Source of the DNA: an uncultured Lachnospiraceae bacterium
GTDB taxonomy: Bacteria > Bacillota > Clostridia > Lachnospirales > Lachnospiraceae
Direction of reading: 5' to 3'
Length of the DNA stretch: 64,000 bases
Assembly: GCA_964650965.1 (NCBI GenBank)
Contig: CAZYYO010000004.1
Location: 6,221 to 70,220 of the forward strand
Under the pieces are notes generated by a model. It made no database searches. It had not been told where the DNA came from and saw only the letters and a program-made list of their open reading frames with translations. The translations under genes and the position numbers were made by a program. Below, piece by piece: positions 49,856 to 59,315 of this stretch (within the stretch, counting starts at the first letter, position 1; every line of letters starts with the position of its first letter).

Positions 49856-50088
49856 GAGGATTTGTGCAGTTAATATTGCTTCTTCTTGGATACCAGAAAT
49901 AAGATATTCTAAGTATTCCTGGTTTCATTATGCATAGTGTGACGCAAGCGGCTTAAATTCGCCATCCATGGCTCAGTTAAGCCTTTCACAGACATCGTGT
50001 CTGTGAATTGCTGGTTGCTGAAAGGAATACTAAGAATATCTAATTCCTTATATAAGGCGAAGAATCAATACCAACTGCACAAATCCTC
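49856..50088 (+). repeat. long foldback element, copy 1 (74-nt conserved core 49941-50014)
   Basis: Basal arms GAGGATTTGTGCAGTT (49856-49871) / AACTGCACAAATCCTC (50073-50088). Proximal arms 49902-49920 / 50023-50041. The core matches 63830-63903 at 70 of 74 positions. Confidence 0.8.
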
Positions 50089-50131
50089 CCCACGTTAATT
50101 TATCACCCACCGTTCATAAGGAGTACACAAC

Positions 50132-50698
50132 ATGAAGCAAGAATTCCACAACGCATTAGAATGCTCCCCAATTATCGCTGCCATCAAGAGTCCAGAAGGC
50201 TTGCAACGCTGCCTGGACTGCGACAGTCAAATTATATTCATTCTATACGGAGATATCATCACCATCCCGGACATTGTCGAAAAAGTAAAATCCTCTGGGA
50301 AAATTGCCATGGTTCATATTGACTTAATCAATGGATTACACTCCAGAGAAATTGCAGTAGACTTTATCCACAAATACACCCAGGCAGACGGAATCATATC
50401 CACCAAAGCGCCTCTCATTCAACGAGCCAAGGAACTAGGACTATATACCGTCATGCGATTCTTCATGATTGATTCTATGGCCTATGCCAGTATTGAGAAG
50501 CAGTTAAAGAATACTCGTCCAGATGTAATAGAGATTCTTCCAGCATTAATGCCCAAGGTAATAGAGCGCATTAGTAAAATATCTAAATGTCCTGTGATTG
50601 CCGGAGGTCTGGTGAGCGAGAAGGAGGATGTAATGGCACTGTTAGAGGCAGGTGCCTCCTGCATATCCTCTACAAATGAAGATGTATGGTTCCTGTAA
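50132..50698 (+). CDS. glpP: glycerol-3-phosphate-responsive antiterminator
   Basis: 188 aa. SPIIAAIK...VHIDLINGL...ISTK...VIAGGL is the pattern of the GlpP (G3P_antiterm) family. Confidence 0.82.
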   Translation: MKQEFHNALECSPIIAAIKSPEGLQRCLDCDSQIIFILYGDIITIPDIVEKVKSSGKIAMVHIDLINGLHSREIAVDFIHKYTQADGIISTKAPLIQRAKELGLYTVMRFFMIDSMAYASIEKQLKNTRPDVIEILPALMPKVIERISKISKCPVIAGGLVSEKEDVMALLEAGASCISSTNEDVWFL

Positions 50699-50817
50699 CA
50701 CAAAATCCTTGGACCGGAATAGACACAATTATATAGCAAAAAGCAGATGCTCTATCCCCCTAATCTACGGAGGATATAACACCTGCTTTTTTATATACAA
50801 CGATTTTCCAAAAAGAA

Positions 50818-52032
50818 TTATACTGCCTGAGCAGTTACCTGTGGGTCTGAAGGCTTCTGATTCTTTTCCTTAAATACAACCTTAAGTAAAATTGGCGTAA
50901 TTAATGTTGTAACAATAACTACAACAACAACTGGTGCAAACATATCATTGTCAATCAATCCACACTGACGTCCCTTCTCGGCAACAACCAGTGCCACCTC
51001 ACCACGGCTAATCATTCCTACACCAATCTGAAGGGCTTCCTTATTATTACATTTACATAATCTTGCACCTAAGCCACATCCAACAACCTTGGTTAAGATG
51101 GCAACCACTGTAAGAAGTATTGCAAATAACCAGATATCCATTCCCATTCCACCTAAGGTTACCTTAATACCTATGCTGGCGAAAAAGATTGCTGAGAAAA
51201 ACATATTGGATACATTTGAAATCTTGATATCAATATATCCTCGTACCTTAGACATACACAGCATTAAGCCTGCAAAATATGCACCTGTAATATCTGCGAT
51301 GCCAAAGACCTCCTCTGATACAAAGGAGAGAATCATACAAAATGCAATAGCAAATAATGCAACTCGTCTCTTATGATCTGCCTTCTCAATAACAAACTCT
51401 AATCGAGTAACGATGAGGAAGAGGATCAGTATCAGAACCACATACAATACAATCTTAAGCATTACGGTTGCTGGCTTAACAGTAGTATCTGTTAAACTGG
51501 TTACCAAAGACAATACAATGATTCCCAATACATCATCAATGACTGCAGCGCCCAAGATGGTCGTTCCCACCTTGCCACTTAATTTTCCCAGCTCTCGAAG
51601 TGTCTGCACTGTAATACTTACTGAGGTTGCCGTTAATACAACACCTACAAATATGGATTTAAGCAGAGAATTATAATCTCCTAAATCCTCTTTAAAATAC
51701 AGTGCATAGCAAATGGTTCCACCAATTAACGGTACCACAACACCAATGATGGCCGTTACAAACGAAGCAACAGCATTTTCCTTCAACTCTCTCAAGTCTG
51801 TGTCAAGTCCAGCGGCGAACATTAAGAAGATAACGCCCAGCTCAGCTGCATACTCTAAAAATGATCCTGCTTCACCTGTAAAAGTCACTAACCCTAAGCA
51901 TGAGGGTCCTAAAATAATACCTGCGATCAATGCTCCAACTACTTCTGGCAAATTAATCTTTTTGAATAGTATTCCTAATGCCTTTGTGGCAATAAGAATT
52001 AATCCAATCCATAACAAAAATTGATAATTCAT
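50818..52032 (-). CDS. cation:proton antiporter (CPA2-type Na+/H+ or K+/H+ exchanger)
   Basis: About 12 TM helices. N-terminal LPEVVGALIAGIILGPS is typical of the family. Start set at MNYQ after GGTGA. Confidence 0.87.
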   Translation of the reverse strand: MNYQFLLWIGLILIATKALGILFKKINLPEVVGALIAGIILGPSCLGLVTFTGEAGSFLEYAAELGVIFLMFAAGLDTDLRELKENAVASFVTAIIGVVVPLIGGTICYALYFKEDLGDYNSLLKSIFVGVVLTATSVSITVQTLRELGKLSGKVGTTILGAAVIDDVLGIIVLSLVTSLTDTTVKPATVMLKIVLYVVLILILFLIVTRLEFVIEKADHKRRVALFAIAFCMILSFVSEEVFGIADITGAYFAGLMLCMSKVRGYIDIKISNVSNMFFSAIFFASIGIKVTLGGMGMDIWLFAILLTVVAILTKVVGCGLGARLCKCNNKEALQIGVGMISRGEVALVVAEKGRQCGLIDNDMFAPVVVVVIVTTLITPILLKVVFKEKNQKPSDPQVTAQAV

Positions 52033-52135
52033 TACAATCACCTTTTCTTTCTTTTTTTAGCGCACTCATTGTAACTCTTTCATATTTTGAATGCAACCGT
52101 ATTCTTTTGTTTTTCTTAATAGATTTTATTTTTTG

Positions 52136-52921
52136 TTAATAATTCAATAGTTTGTGACATAATTCCAGTTTTTCTTGTGACATATCACTGTTGTAAAAAG
52201 TTACATTTCCTATATAATTATTATCCAAATTTCGTACGCCTGCCACCTCCATTCTACGCATTAGTTCTTTCGCCGTACCATATCCTCCGTCAAAGATTTC
52301 CACCTGTTCCCCTAAAATCTTCTGAATGGTATGAATAGCAAAGGGATAGTGTGTACAGCCTAATACAACAGCATCAATTTTACCTTCTTGATATGGTTCC
52401 AAAATTTCCGTAAGATATGCGTTTAGTTCGGGAGAATCTAACTTTCCATTTTCTACAAACTCCATAAATCCCGGGCACGGCAGCTGATATATGATTGCTC
52501 GATCTTCATATTGAGAAAGTAAATGCTGAAACTTCTCTTCACGAATGGTCATGGGTGTTGCCATAACCAGAATCCGTCCCCGCTCCTTATGAAGTACCGC
52601 TGGTTTTAGAGCTGGTTCAATTCCTACTAACGGCAGCTGGGGATACATTTCTCTTAAGACACGCACTGCTGCAGATGTGGCGGTATTGCATGCAATGGCT
52701 ACTGCCTTTGCCCCTTGTTTTAGAAAATCCTGTGTATGAGCGATGGTCAGACGACGCACCTCTTCTACACTTTTTGTTCCATAGGGAGCATTTTTTGAAT
52801 CCCCATAATACATAAAATTTTCATTTGGCATAAGCTTCACCATTTCCCGCAAAACACTGATGCCACCAACACCAGAATCAAATACAGCAATGGGTTGTTG
52901 ATTATATTCCATATTTTTCAT
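52136..52921 (-). CDS. murI: glutamate racemase
   Basis: FDSGVGG, the catalytic Cys motifs IACNTAT and LGCTHYP. Confidence 0.93.
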   Translation of the reverse strand: MKNMEYNQQPIAVFDSGVGGISVLREMVKLMPNENFMYYGDSKNAPYGTKSVEEVRRLTIAHTQDFLKQGAKAVAIACNTATSAAVRVLREMYPQLPLVGIEPALKPAVLHKERGRILVMATPMTIREEKFQHLLSQYEDRAIIYQLPCPGFMEFVENGKLDSPELNAYLTEILEPYQEGKIDAVVLGCTHYPFAIHTIQKILGEQVEIFDGGYGTAKELMRRMEVAGVRNLDNNYIGNVTFYNSDMSQEKLELCHKLLNY

Positions 52922-53078
52922 TCCTTTTTTATTAACAATTGAAACAATTTCATTTTATCATTTTCAATATTGGAATACAACTTTCTTACCACCGAAAATA
53001 TGTGCTATACTAGAGAAAGAAATGCAAAGCATGCGTAACATATAGGATAAGAAAATATGCAAATTATGAGGTAATCGT

Positions 53079-53360
53079 ATGGATCAGCAACAGCGAAGTT
53101 CTACCAGGATTTGTGAGAAATGCGGGCACATTTTACCCGGAAGCTATAAGGAATCTCTTTGCAGGACCTGCAAAGAGGAAGCCTTGTATAAGCAGGTGAA
53201 AGAATATATACAAAACCATTCTGTCACGGAATTTGAAGTTGCCCAGCATTTTCAACTTCCATTGTCTACCATTCGACGATGGGTGGCAGACGGAAGAATA
53301 GAATACCGGGCAAATGATTCTACATGGGATGAAACCAATGAAAAATATTTTAATGTTTAA
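53079..53360 (+). CDS. YvyF-like zinc-ribbon/HTH small protein (paralog of 5028-5435)
   Basis: CEKCGH...CRTCKEE...VKEYIQNH...LSTIRRWVADGRIEY aligns with CRNCGR...CPVCKEG...VKEYVRNN...IKQIRQWVREERLEF. Overlaps the start of the downstream glycosyltransferase. Confidence 0.62.
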   Translation: MDQQQRSSTRICEKCGHILPGSYKESLCRTCKEEALYKQVKEYIQNHSVTEFEVAQHFQLPLSTIRRWVADGRIEYRANDSTWDETNEKYFNV

Positions 53361-54507
53361 ACTGAAAAGTGTATGTTATGACTCTTATTTCTACTTTTGT
53401 GATTCCATTGCCACCCAACTACAAAGAATGGGATATCACGTAGAAATCTTTGATGGTCGCAGGGAATGCCTCGCTTCCCTCGACCGCTTTGAAGGCACCT
53501 CATATGATGCTGTTATTGATTTTAATTCGGATCTTCCTAAGGTACTTTTAGAGGATGGTCAATATTTTCTCAACAGTATTCAGGCTCCCTTCTATGATAT
53601 TATTCTGGATCATCCACTGTATCACCATGATATGTTGAAGGCTCCCCTGAAGAATTATCACGTTATCTGCCTGGATCGAAATCATAAAAAGTATATTCAA
53701 GAGAATTATCCCCATATTCAGTCTGTCCATGTTCTCCCCATGACCGGAGAAGCGGCATCTGCAGATTTTTCCAATACCAGAGCTATTCCCCTTTTATTTA
53801 CCGGCAGTTATACTCCCTCTAACGAAATAAGGAACGCAATCTATGACTGCCCCCACTTTATGCAGGGATATATGCAGGGTTTTATCCAGGAAATGCTCGA
53901 AAACCCCAGCATCACACTAGAAGAATGTGCCATAAAGCTGGCCAAAGATAATGAACTTATTCAAGAGGAATTCCCTCTGCATATGCAGTCTTTCTTCCTA
54001 GCTGATTCTTATCTTCGAGCTTATCGCCGGGAGCAGCTCATTTCAACCATTATAAAAGCAGGCTTACCCATAACGTTATGTGGGCATGGCTGGGACGCCT
54101 TTCTCACTTCTCAGGCAACAGCTAGCAGCACCCTTTGCCGTCATGTTCAGCTTCTTCCTTCGGTTTCTTTCAAAGAATCCTTCCGACTAATGAATCAGGC
54201 TGAAATCACCCTTAATATTTTACCGGAGTTCAAGGACGGAAGCCATGACCGTATTTATTCCGCTATGCTAAATCACAGCATATGTGTCACCGATACCTCT
54301 CCCTTGATACAAGAGCAGTTTATTTCGGGGGAAGATTTGCTGATTTACCAGCTAGACCAGCTAGAGCAGATCCCTTCCCAATTAGAAATCCTCCTAGGGG
54401 ATGAAGACCAGAAATCTTATATTGCAGAAAATGGATATCAAAAAGCCATAGCGCATCACACCTGGAAGGCAAGGGTAACGGAGCTGGTTACAATCCTTCA
54501 GCTATAA
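53338..54507 (+). CDS. CgeB-like glycosyltransferase family protein (paralog of 28506-29681)
   Basis: APFYDIILDHPLYHH...PLKNYH...YPHIQSV block and a C-terminal Glyco_trans_1_2-like region. Start chosen by alignment with the paralog; in-frame ATGs at 53314, 53329 and 53353 are alternatives. Confidence 0.62.
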   Translation: MKNILMFKLKSVCYDSYFYFCDSIATQLQRMGYHVEIFDGRRECLASLDRFEGTSYDAVIDFNSDLPKVLLEDGQYFLNSIQAPFYDIILDHPLYHHDMLKAPLKNYHVICLDRNHKKYIQENYPHIQSVHVLPMTGEAASADFSNTRAIPLLFTGSYTPSNEIRNAIYDCPHFMQGYMQGFIQEMLENPSITLEECAIKLAKDNELIQEEFPLHMQSFFLADSYLRAYRREQLISTIIKAGLPITLCGHGWDAFLTSQATASSTLCRHVQLLPSVSFKESFRLMNQAEITLNILPEFKDGSHDRIYSAMLNHSICVTDTSPLIQEQFISGEDLLIYQLDQLEQIPSQLEILLGDEDQKSYIAENGYQKAIAHHTWKARVTELVTILQL

Positions 54508-54519
54508 TATAAATGCAAC

Positions 54520-55263
54520 TTATCTGATTCCAGTAAGATCTTTGATCACCTCACCAGCCAAAATCAGTCCTGCTACCGAGGGTACAAAGGACAGGCTTCC
54601 AGGCGTTTGCTTTCTTCCCGCCTTCTGTAGAGCTTCTGTCTGTATCTCACCCGAAGTTTCCTTTATATTCAGTGGTTTCCTTGCAATTTCTTTGGAATAT
54701 ACTACCTTGACCCCAGTAATTCCTCTTTGCTTCAGTTCTCTTCGCATAACCTTCGCCAACGGACATACCGAGGTCTTGGATATATCTGCCACTTCAAAAG
54801 CTGTAGGGTCTAATTTATTGCCTGCTCCCATAGAGCTAATGACAGGAATTCCCCCTTCCTTTGCCTTACGAATAATTTCAATTTTAGCAGTAATGGTGTC
54901 TACTGCATCAATCACATAATCAAATTGAGAAAAGTCTATCTCATCACTATTCTCCGGGAGAAAAAAAGCTTCTATGGGATGAACCACTGCCTGGGGATTG
55001 ATGCTTTGGATTCGTTCCATACACACCTTGGTCTTAGACTCCCCAATATGATTCGTAGTAGCAATAATCTGACGATTCAAATTACTAATATCCACCACGT
55101 CATTATCAATCAATGTAAATTCGCCAATCCCTGTACGTGCCAGAGCTTCCACCGCATAACCGCCTACTCCGCCTACACCAAAAATGGCAATGTGCTTTTT
55201 CTCCAACTGATTGATGGCTTCCTCTCCTAAAAGCAGGCTGCTTCGTACCCAGCGTGAATCCAT
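54520..55263 (-). CDS. tcdA: tRNA threonylcarbamoyladenosine dehydratase (ThiF-family)
   Basis: IAIFGVGGVGGYAVEALARTG...LIDNDVVDISNLNRQ Rossmann/E1-like motifs. Confidence 0.86.
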   Translation of the reverse strand: MDSRWVRSSLLLGEEAINQLEKKHIAIFGVGGVGGYAVEALARTGIGEFTLIDNDVVDISNLNRQIIATTNHIGESKTKVCMERIQSINPQAVVHPIEAFFLPENSDEIDFSQFDYVIDAVDTITAKIEIIRKAKEGGIPVISSMGAGNKLDPTAFEVADISKTSVCPLAKVMRRELKQRGITGVKVVYSKEIARKPLNIKETSGEIQTEALQKAGRKQTPGSLSFVPSVAGLILAGEVIKDLTGIR

Positions 55264-55331
55264 AATATTTCTCTCCTTCTTTATTTTCTGCTTCCAATTC
55301 TAGCACAGAACCCAACGGGTCTACAACTGTC

Positions 55332-56735
55332 TTACTTCTTCTCTGCAGCAATCACTGCCTGATATTCCTTCATATCCTTTGCAATTTCTCCACTTAACAA
55401 TAGGAGACAGATAAGATTTGGGATTGCCATTAATGCATTGGCAATATCCGAGAAATCCCATACGATTTTTAAAGATGTTGTTGCCCCCACATAGGCAATA
55501 AGTGAAAATGCAATGCGATAAATCATATTATACTTCGGTCCATGGAATAAATACTCAAAGGCCTTCTCTCCATGATATTCCCATCCTAAAATGGTGGAAA
55601 ATGCAAACAATGCAATTGCAACAGACACCAGGATTGCGCCTACCGGTCCTAGTACCGTCTGAAACGCCATAATGGTCAATGCCGCTCCCGTTACCAGCTC
55701 ACCAGATGCATCTACACTGCCTAATACACCAGAGCTGGCAATGCACAATCCTGTAATAGAACACACTACAATCGTATCCCAAAAGGTTCCTGTCATATTA
55801 ATATAGCCCTGCCCTACCGGCGAATTGGTTTTAGCAGCAGAGGCAGTAATAGCTGCACTTCCCATACCTGCTTCGTTGGAAAATACCCCACGTGCAACAC
55901 CATATCGCATAGCATTCATCATAGATGCTGTCATAGTACCGGCAACACCACCTGCTACCGATTGTGGAGAAAATGCCATTTTAAAAATCAGAACCAGTCC
56001 GGTGGGTACATTTTCAATATTTCCTATAATCACAATAAGTCCTGCGACAATATAAAAAATTGCCATAAGAGGCACTACCACACTGCTTACCTTGGAAATT
56101 GTCTTAATCCCACCTACAATAATAACCAGCGCCAATATGGTAACCACCAATCCTGTGGCCCAGGCAGGAATTGCAAAGGTCTGCTGCAAAGATGAGGAAA
56201 TGGAATTTGCCTGAGTCAGGTTACCGATACCAAAGCTTGCAATCACTGCAAAAAAAGCAAACAGCCAGCCTAACACTGTACCAAAGCCCTTATGTTTCAG
56301 TGCGTGCTTCATTACATACATGGGACCGCCTGTCATTTCGTTTTGTTCATTGGTCTCTCGATATTTAATTGCCAGCATACACTCGCTGAACTTGCTGGTT
56401 AGTCCAAACGCTGCAGATATCCACATCCACACCAAAGCTCCTGGTCCTCCGGAAACCATTGCAGTAGCTACCCCTACAATATTTCCGGTTCCAATGGTGG
56501 CTGCCAATGCAGTAGTCAATGCGGAAAATGGTGAGATATCCCCTTCTCCGTGCCCTTTCGTTCTGGCTTCCTTGCTTAAGGTTCGTTTAATTGCATACCC
56601 AAGATTCCGCCATGCCATGGCTCTGGTACGTATGGTAAGAATAATTCCGGTACCTACTAGCAGCACCAGCATTACCGGTCCCCAAACAAATGCATCTACC
56701 TGTTCTAATATTCCTGCGAATGTGTCCAATCCCAT
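55332..56735 (-). CDS. alanine/glycine:cation symporter (AGCS family)
   Basis: About 11 TM helices. The SPFSALTTALAATIGTGNIVGVATA block is typical of sodium:alanine symporters. Start set at MGLDTF; promoter TTGACG-17-TACAAT upstream. Confidence 0.88.
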   Translation of the reverse strand: MGLDTFAGILEQVDAFVWGPVMLVLLVGTGIILTIRTRAMAWRNLGYAIKRTLSKEARTKGHGEGDISPFSALTTALAATIGTGNIVGVATAMVSGGPGALVWMWISAAFGLTSKFSECMLAIKYRETNEQNEMTGGPMYVMKHALKHKGFGTVLGWLFAFFAVIASFGIGNLTQANSISSSLQQTFAIPAWATGLVVTILALVIIVGGIKTISKVSSVVVPLMAIFYIVAGLIVIIGNIENVPTGLVLIFKMAFSPQSVAGGVAGTMTASMMNAMRYGVARGVFSNEAGMGSAAITASAAKTNSPVGQGYINMTGTFWDTIVVCSITGLCIASSGVLGSVDASGELVTGAALTIMAFQTVLGPVGAILVSVAIALFAFSTILGWEYHGEKAFEYLFHGPKYNMIYRIAFSLIAYVGATTSLKIVWDFSDIANALMAIPNLICLLLLSGEIAKDMKEYQAVIAAEKK

Positions 56736-56860
56736 ATCCTCCCTTATTATTAATACAAAAAGACGCAAACGTATCATACGTCGCGCCTTTGCTAACCTTT
56801 TTCTATTGTAATCAATCTCCTGCTTCTCGTCAAGACAGCTTTTTTCCTACTTCCTGTCTA

Positions 56861-57553
56861 CTAGACATAATAGATTTCTACCCCTCCAAAGGATACATTT
56901 CCTGTCATAATCAGCTTCTTGCCTCCTGTAGGACATAAATGGGGATTCTTCTCATCAATTCCACCAAAACTGGCATCCACCTGATTCACCACTGTCCATT
57001 CCTTAGGAATATACAATTCAGCCCCGGCAAAAGAGACATGAAGGTTCAACTGTGCACTTTCCCCCTGAATCATTGCATTTTGAAAATAGATTTTCATAGC
57101 ACCAAAGGTACAGCCTGCCTTAAGATATTTAAAATCATCACTGTTCACATTTTTCACTGTAGAAGTAAAGCTGGTATTAAAATCCATATCGGACTGGGAG
57201 ATATTCTCTGCTGCAGTGTCATAAGGTTCCTGACTAAAATGCTGGTGGGCATGACCATTTCCAAAAATCATAGAGCATCCAATACTTGCCAGTACTGCTG
57301 CACCTAATACCGGCCATGGTGTCAATCTCTCAATGCCCAGGACATCATCATAGATGATCAGTAAAAATGCCACCGCAAAAATAACACCTGAAATACTTCT
57401 TGCAACAATGCTGCGAACCAGACAGGCAATCAGCACTACTGTAAATATAATATTCCAGATATTCAAATCTATTCCAATACCCATGGCATTAATAATAATC
57501 AGCACTGCTGCCAGAATAAATAATAATCCCCAAAATATGTTGTCTTTCTTCAT
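56861..57553 (-). CDS. membrane protein with LiaF-like C-terminal domain
   Basis: Four N-terminal TM helices, then a beta-rich C-terminal domain ending in GNVSFGGVEIYYV. The resemblance to LiaF/DUF2154 is by pattern only. Confidence 0.5.
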   Translation of the reverse strand: MKKDNIFWGLLFILAAVLIIINAMGIGIDLNIWNIIFTVVLIACLVRSIVARSISGVIFAVAFLLIIYDDVLGIERLTPWPVLGAAVLASIGCSMIFGNGHAHQHFSQEPYDTAAENISQSDMDFNTSFTSTVKNVNSDDFKYLKAGCTFGAMKIYFQNAMIQGESAQLNLHVSFAGAELYIPKEWTVVNQVDASFGGIDEKNPHLCPTGGKKLIMTGNVSFGGVEIYYV

Positions 57554-57620
57554 AATATACGCTCCTTACCACTATTTCATTGTTATACGTCTTCTTTATC
57601 ATAGCACAAACATCATCTGA

Positions 57621-59315
57621 TTACATAGCATCAATAATCGACTTTAATTTTTCTAACTGCTGACTTGCATGTTCATAATCCTTCTTTGCCAAAAGTGCAT
57701 TGATTCGTTTCTCCACTTCCTTCTTCTGCTGTTCCAAAATCAGATACTCCTTATCGAAATGATTGGCATAAATCATCTGGCGGAATCTGCGGATGCTCAT
57801 GGTGCGAATCCCCTTATCCTCCACTAGAAGTACATAATCCATAGCATTGGCCACCATATAAAAATCATGGGATACCATAAGCACCGTCCCCTGATACTCC
57901 TCTAATGCTTGTTCTAAAGCCTGCTGGGCATTTAAATCCAGATGGGCACTAGGCTCATCTAACAGCAAAAGGTCCACTGGCTGAGATGCAATTTTATCCA
58001 ACTGCGCCAAATCCCGTTCTCCTCCAGAGCGTGTATTTTTCTCATCCGCTGCTTCCCGTACATCCTGGGTAAACATGGCCAGCTTCGCCTGTGTATCAAG
58101 AATAACAGAAGCTTTCTTCTGCTCCATCACATCCCTTAGCAGCGTAGTCTTTCCTGTTCCATTTCCACCAATAATGGCAACCTTGTCGCCAGCATGAATC
58201 TCCAGATTAATATGCTCTAACAGCTGCTCACCAAAGGCGGCAGAGTAGTCCTGTAGATGAAGAATCACCGGAGAATCCTGTGTTTTCTCCAGGTCTGCAA
58301 TCTCTTTTTTTGGGGAAAGTTCCCTGGTAACATCTTCCTCTTCTCTTGTGGTATGAAAATGTATCTCTGGCATAAACACGTCCACAAAAGGTTCCTGGGT
58401 CTGTCCTGCAATTAACCGATCTAAAATAGTCTGTCTTGCATGAACACTTCTTCCTAGAGATGCATTATCCATTGCGGTGGCTTTTGCTCGAAGCTTGGCA
58501 ACTAATGCTGCATTTCGTTCAATCTCCGCTGCATCCTTTACATGCTGCTCCTGCATGGCAATCTTGGTTTCTAACAATTCATAATGATAATGTGCATAAT
58601 CACCATCATATTCATATACTGCAGTATTTTCCATATGAAGAATCTGGTTGAAGCAGTGATTCAACAAATATCTGTTATGGGTAATGACCAGCAATGTACC
58701 ATGATGTGCATTGATTAAATCCACCAGAGCATTTAAGTGTTCAAAATCAAGAAATACATCTGGTTCATCTAAAATCAGCATTCCCGGACTTAGCAGCATC
58801 TGACGAATAATCTGCACCAGCTTAAATTCCCCATTGCTAATGCTGGTAATGGTCTGTTTTTCTATTTTTTCCAGTCCAGCCAGCTTTAACTGCTTCTTAA
58901 TATTGCTGTCATAGAAGTCTCCATCAATGGCAGTAAAGGTATCCAGTGCCTGCTGGTATTGCTCAAATGCCAGCTCCATGTTTTCTGCCGTTTCCATGGT
59001 TGTGCACAATGCCTCAATTTCCTGCTGCTGACGAACAAATTCCTCACTGATATACTCATAGACGGTCTCAGATTCCTTGGAATCCAAGACAGAAAACTGG
59101 CTGACATATCCGATTTCTTTTGGATTTGTAATTTTAATTTTCCCATCATACATGTAATTTTCCGGGTCAAGCAGCATCTTTACAAAGGTGCTTTTCCCTG
59201 TTCCGTTGCTTCCAATCAATGCACAATGTGCATCCTTTCTTATATGAAAGCTTACTTTGTTATACAGGTCTTTATCTGGAAAAGAAAAAGACATATTTTC
59301 TACTTTTATCATCAT
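57621..59315 (-). CDS. ABC-F family ATPase (two ABC domains, no TM domain)
   Basis: Walker A GSNGTGKST and GGNGTGKTT, Walker B LILDEPDVFLD and LLLDEPSAHLD, and a C-terminal coiled coil. Confidence 0.86.
   Translation of the reverse strand: MMIKVENMSFSFPDKDLYNKVSFHIRKDAHCALIGSNGTGKSTFVKMLLDPENYMYDGKIKITNPKEIGYVSQFSVLDSKESETVYEYISEEFVRQQQEIEALCTTMETAENMELAFEQYQQALDTFTAIDGDFYDSNIKKQLKLAGLEKIEKQTITSISNGEFKLVQIIRQMLLSPGMLILDEPDVFLDFEHLNALVDLINAHHGTLLVITHNRYLLNHCFNQILHMENTAVYEYDGDYAHYHYELLETKIAMQEQHVKDAAEIERNAALVAKLRAKATAMDNASLGRSVHARQTILDRLIAGQTQEPFVDVFMPEIHFHTTREEEDVTRELSPKKEIADLEKTQDSPVILHLQDYSAAFGEQLLEHINLEIHAGDKVAIIGGNGTGKTTLLRDVMEQKKASVILDTQAKLAMFTQDVREAADEKNTRSGGERDLAQLDKIASQPVDLLLLDEPSAHLDLNAQQALEQALEEYQGTVLMVSHDFYMVANAMDYVLLVEDKGIRTMSIRRFRQMIYANHFDKEYLILEQQKKEVEKRINALLAKKDYEHASQQLEKLKSIIDAM

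Noticed and set aside
49941-49952. The core start GACGCAAGCGGC resembles the ACGCAAAGC segment of c-di-GMP-I (GEMM-I) riboswitches. I also considered hammerhead-like three-way junction, 6S, SRP, retron msr/msd and IS110 bridge-RNA ideas for the foldback element.
   Set aside because: The element has no GGCAAACC partner or tetraloop-receptor layout, no CUGAUGA/GAAA hammerhead core, and no SRP domain IV or 6S central bubble. No reverse transcriptase or IS110 recombinase gene is adjacent. None of these assignments is supportable from the sequence.
56736-56860. A possible glycine riboswitch upstream of the alanine/glycine:cation symporter.
   Set aside because: The region holds a promoter (TTGACG-17-TACAAT) and a weak 5-bp hairpin. 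It has none of the conserved glycine-aptamer segments (GGAGAG...CACCG...GGGCAA).
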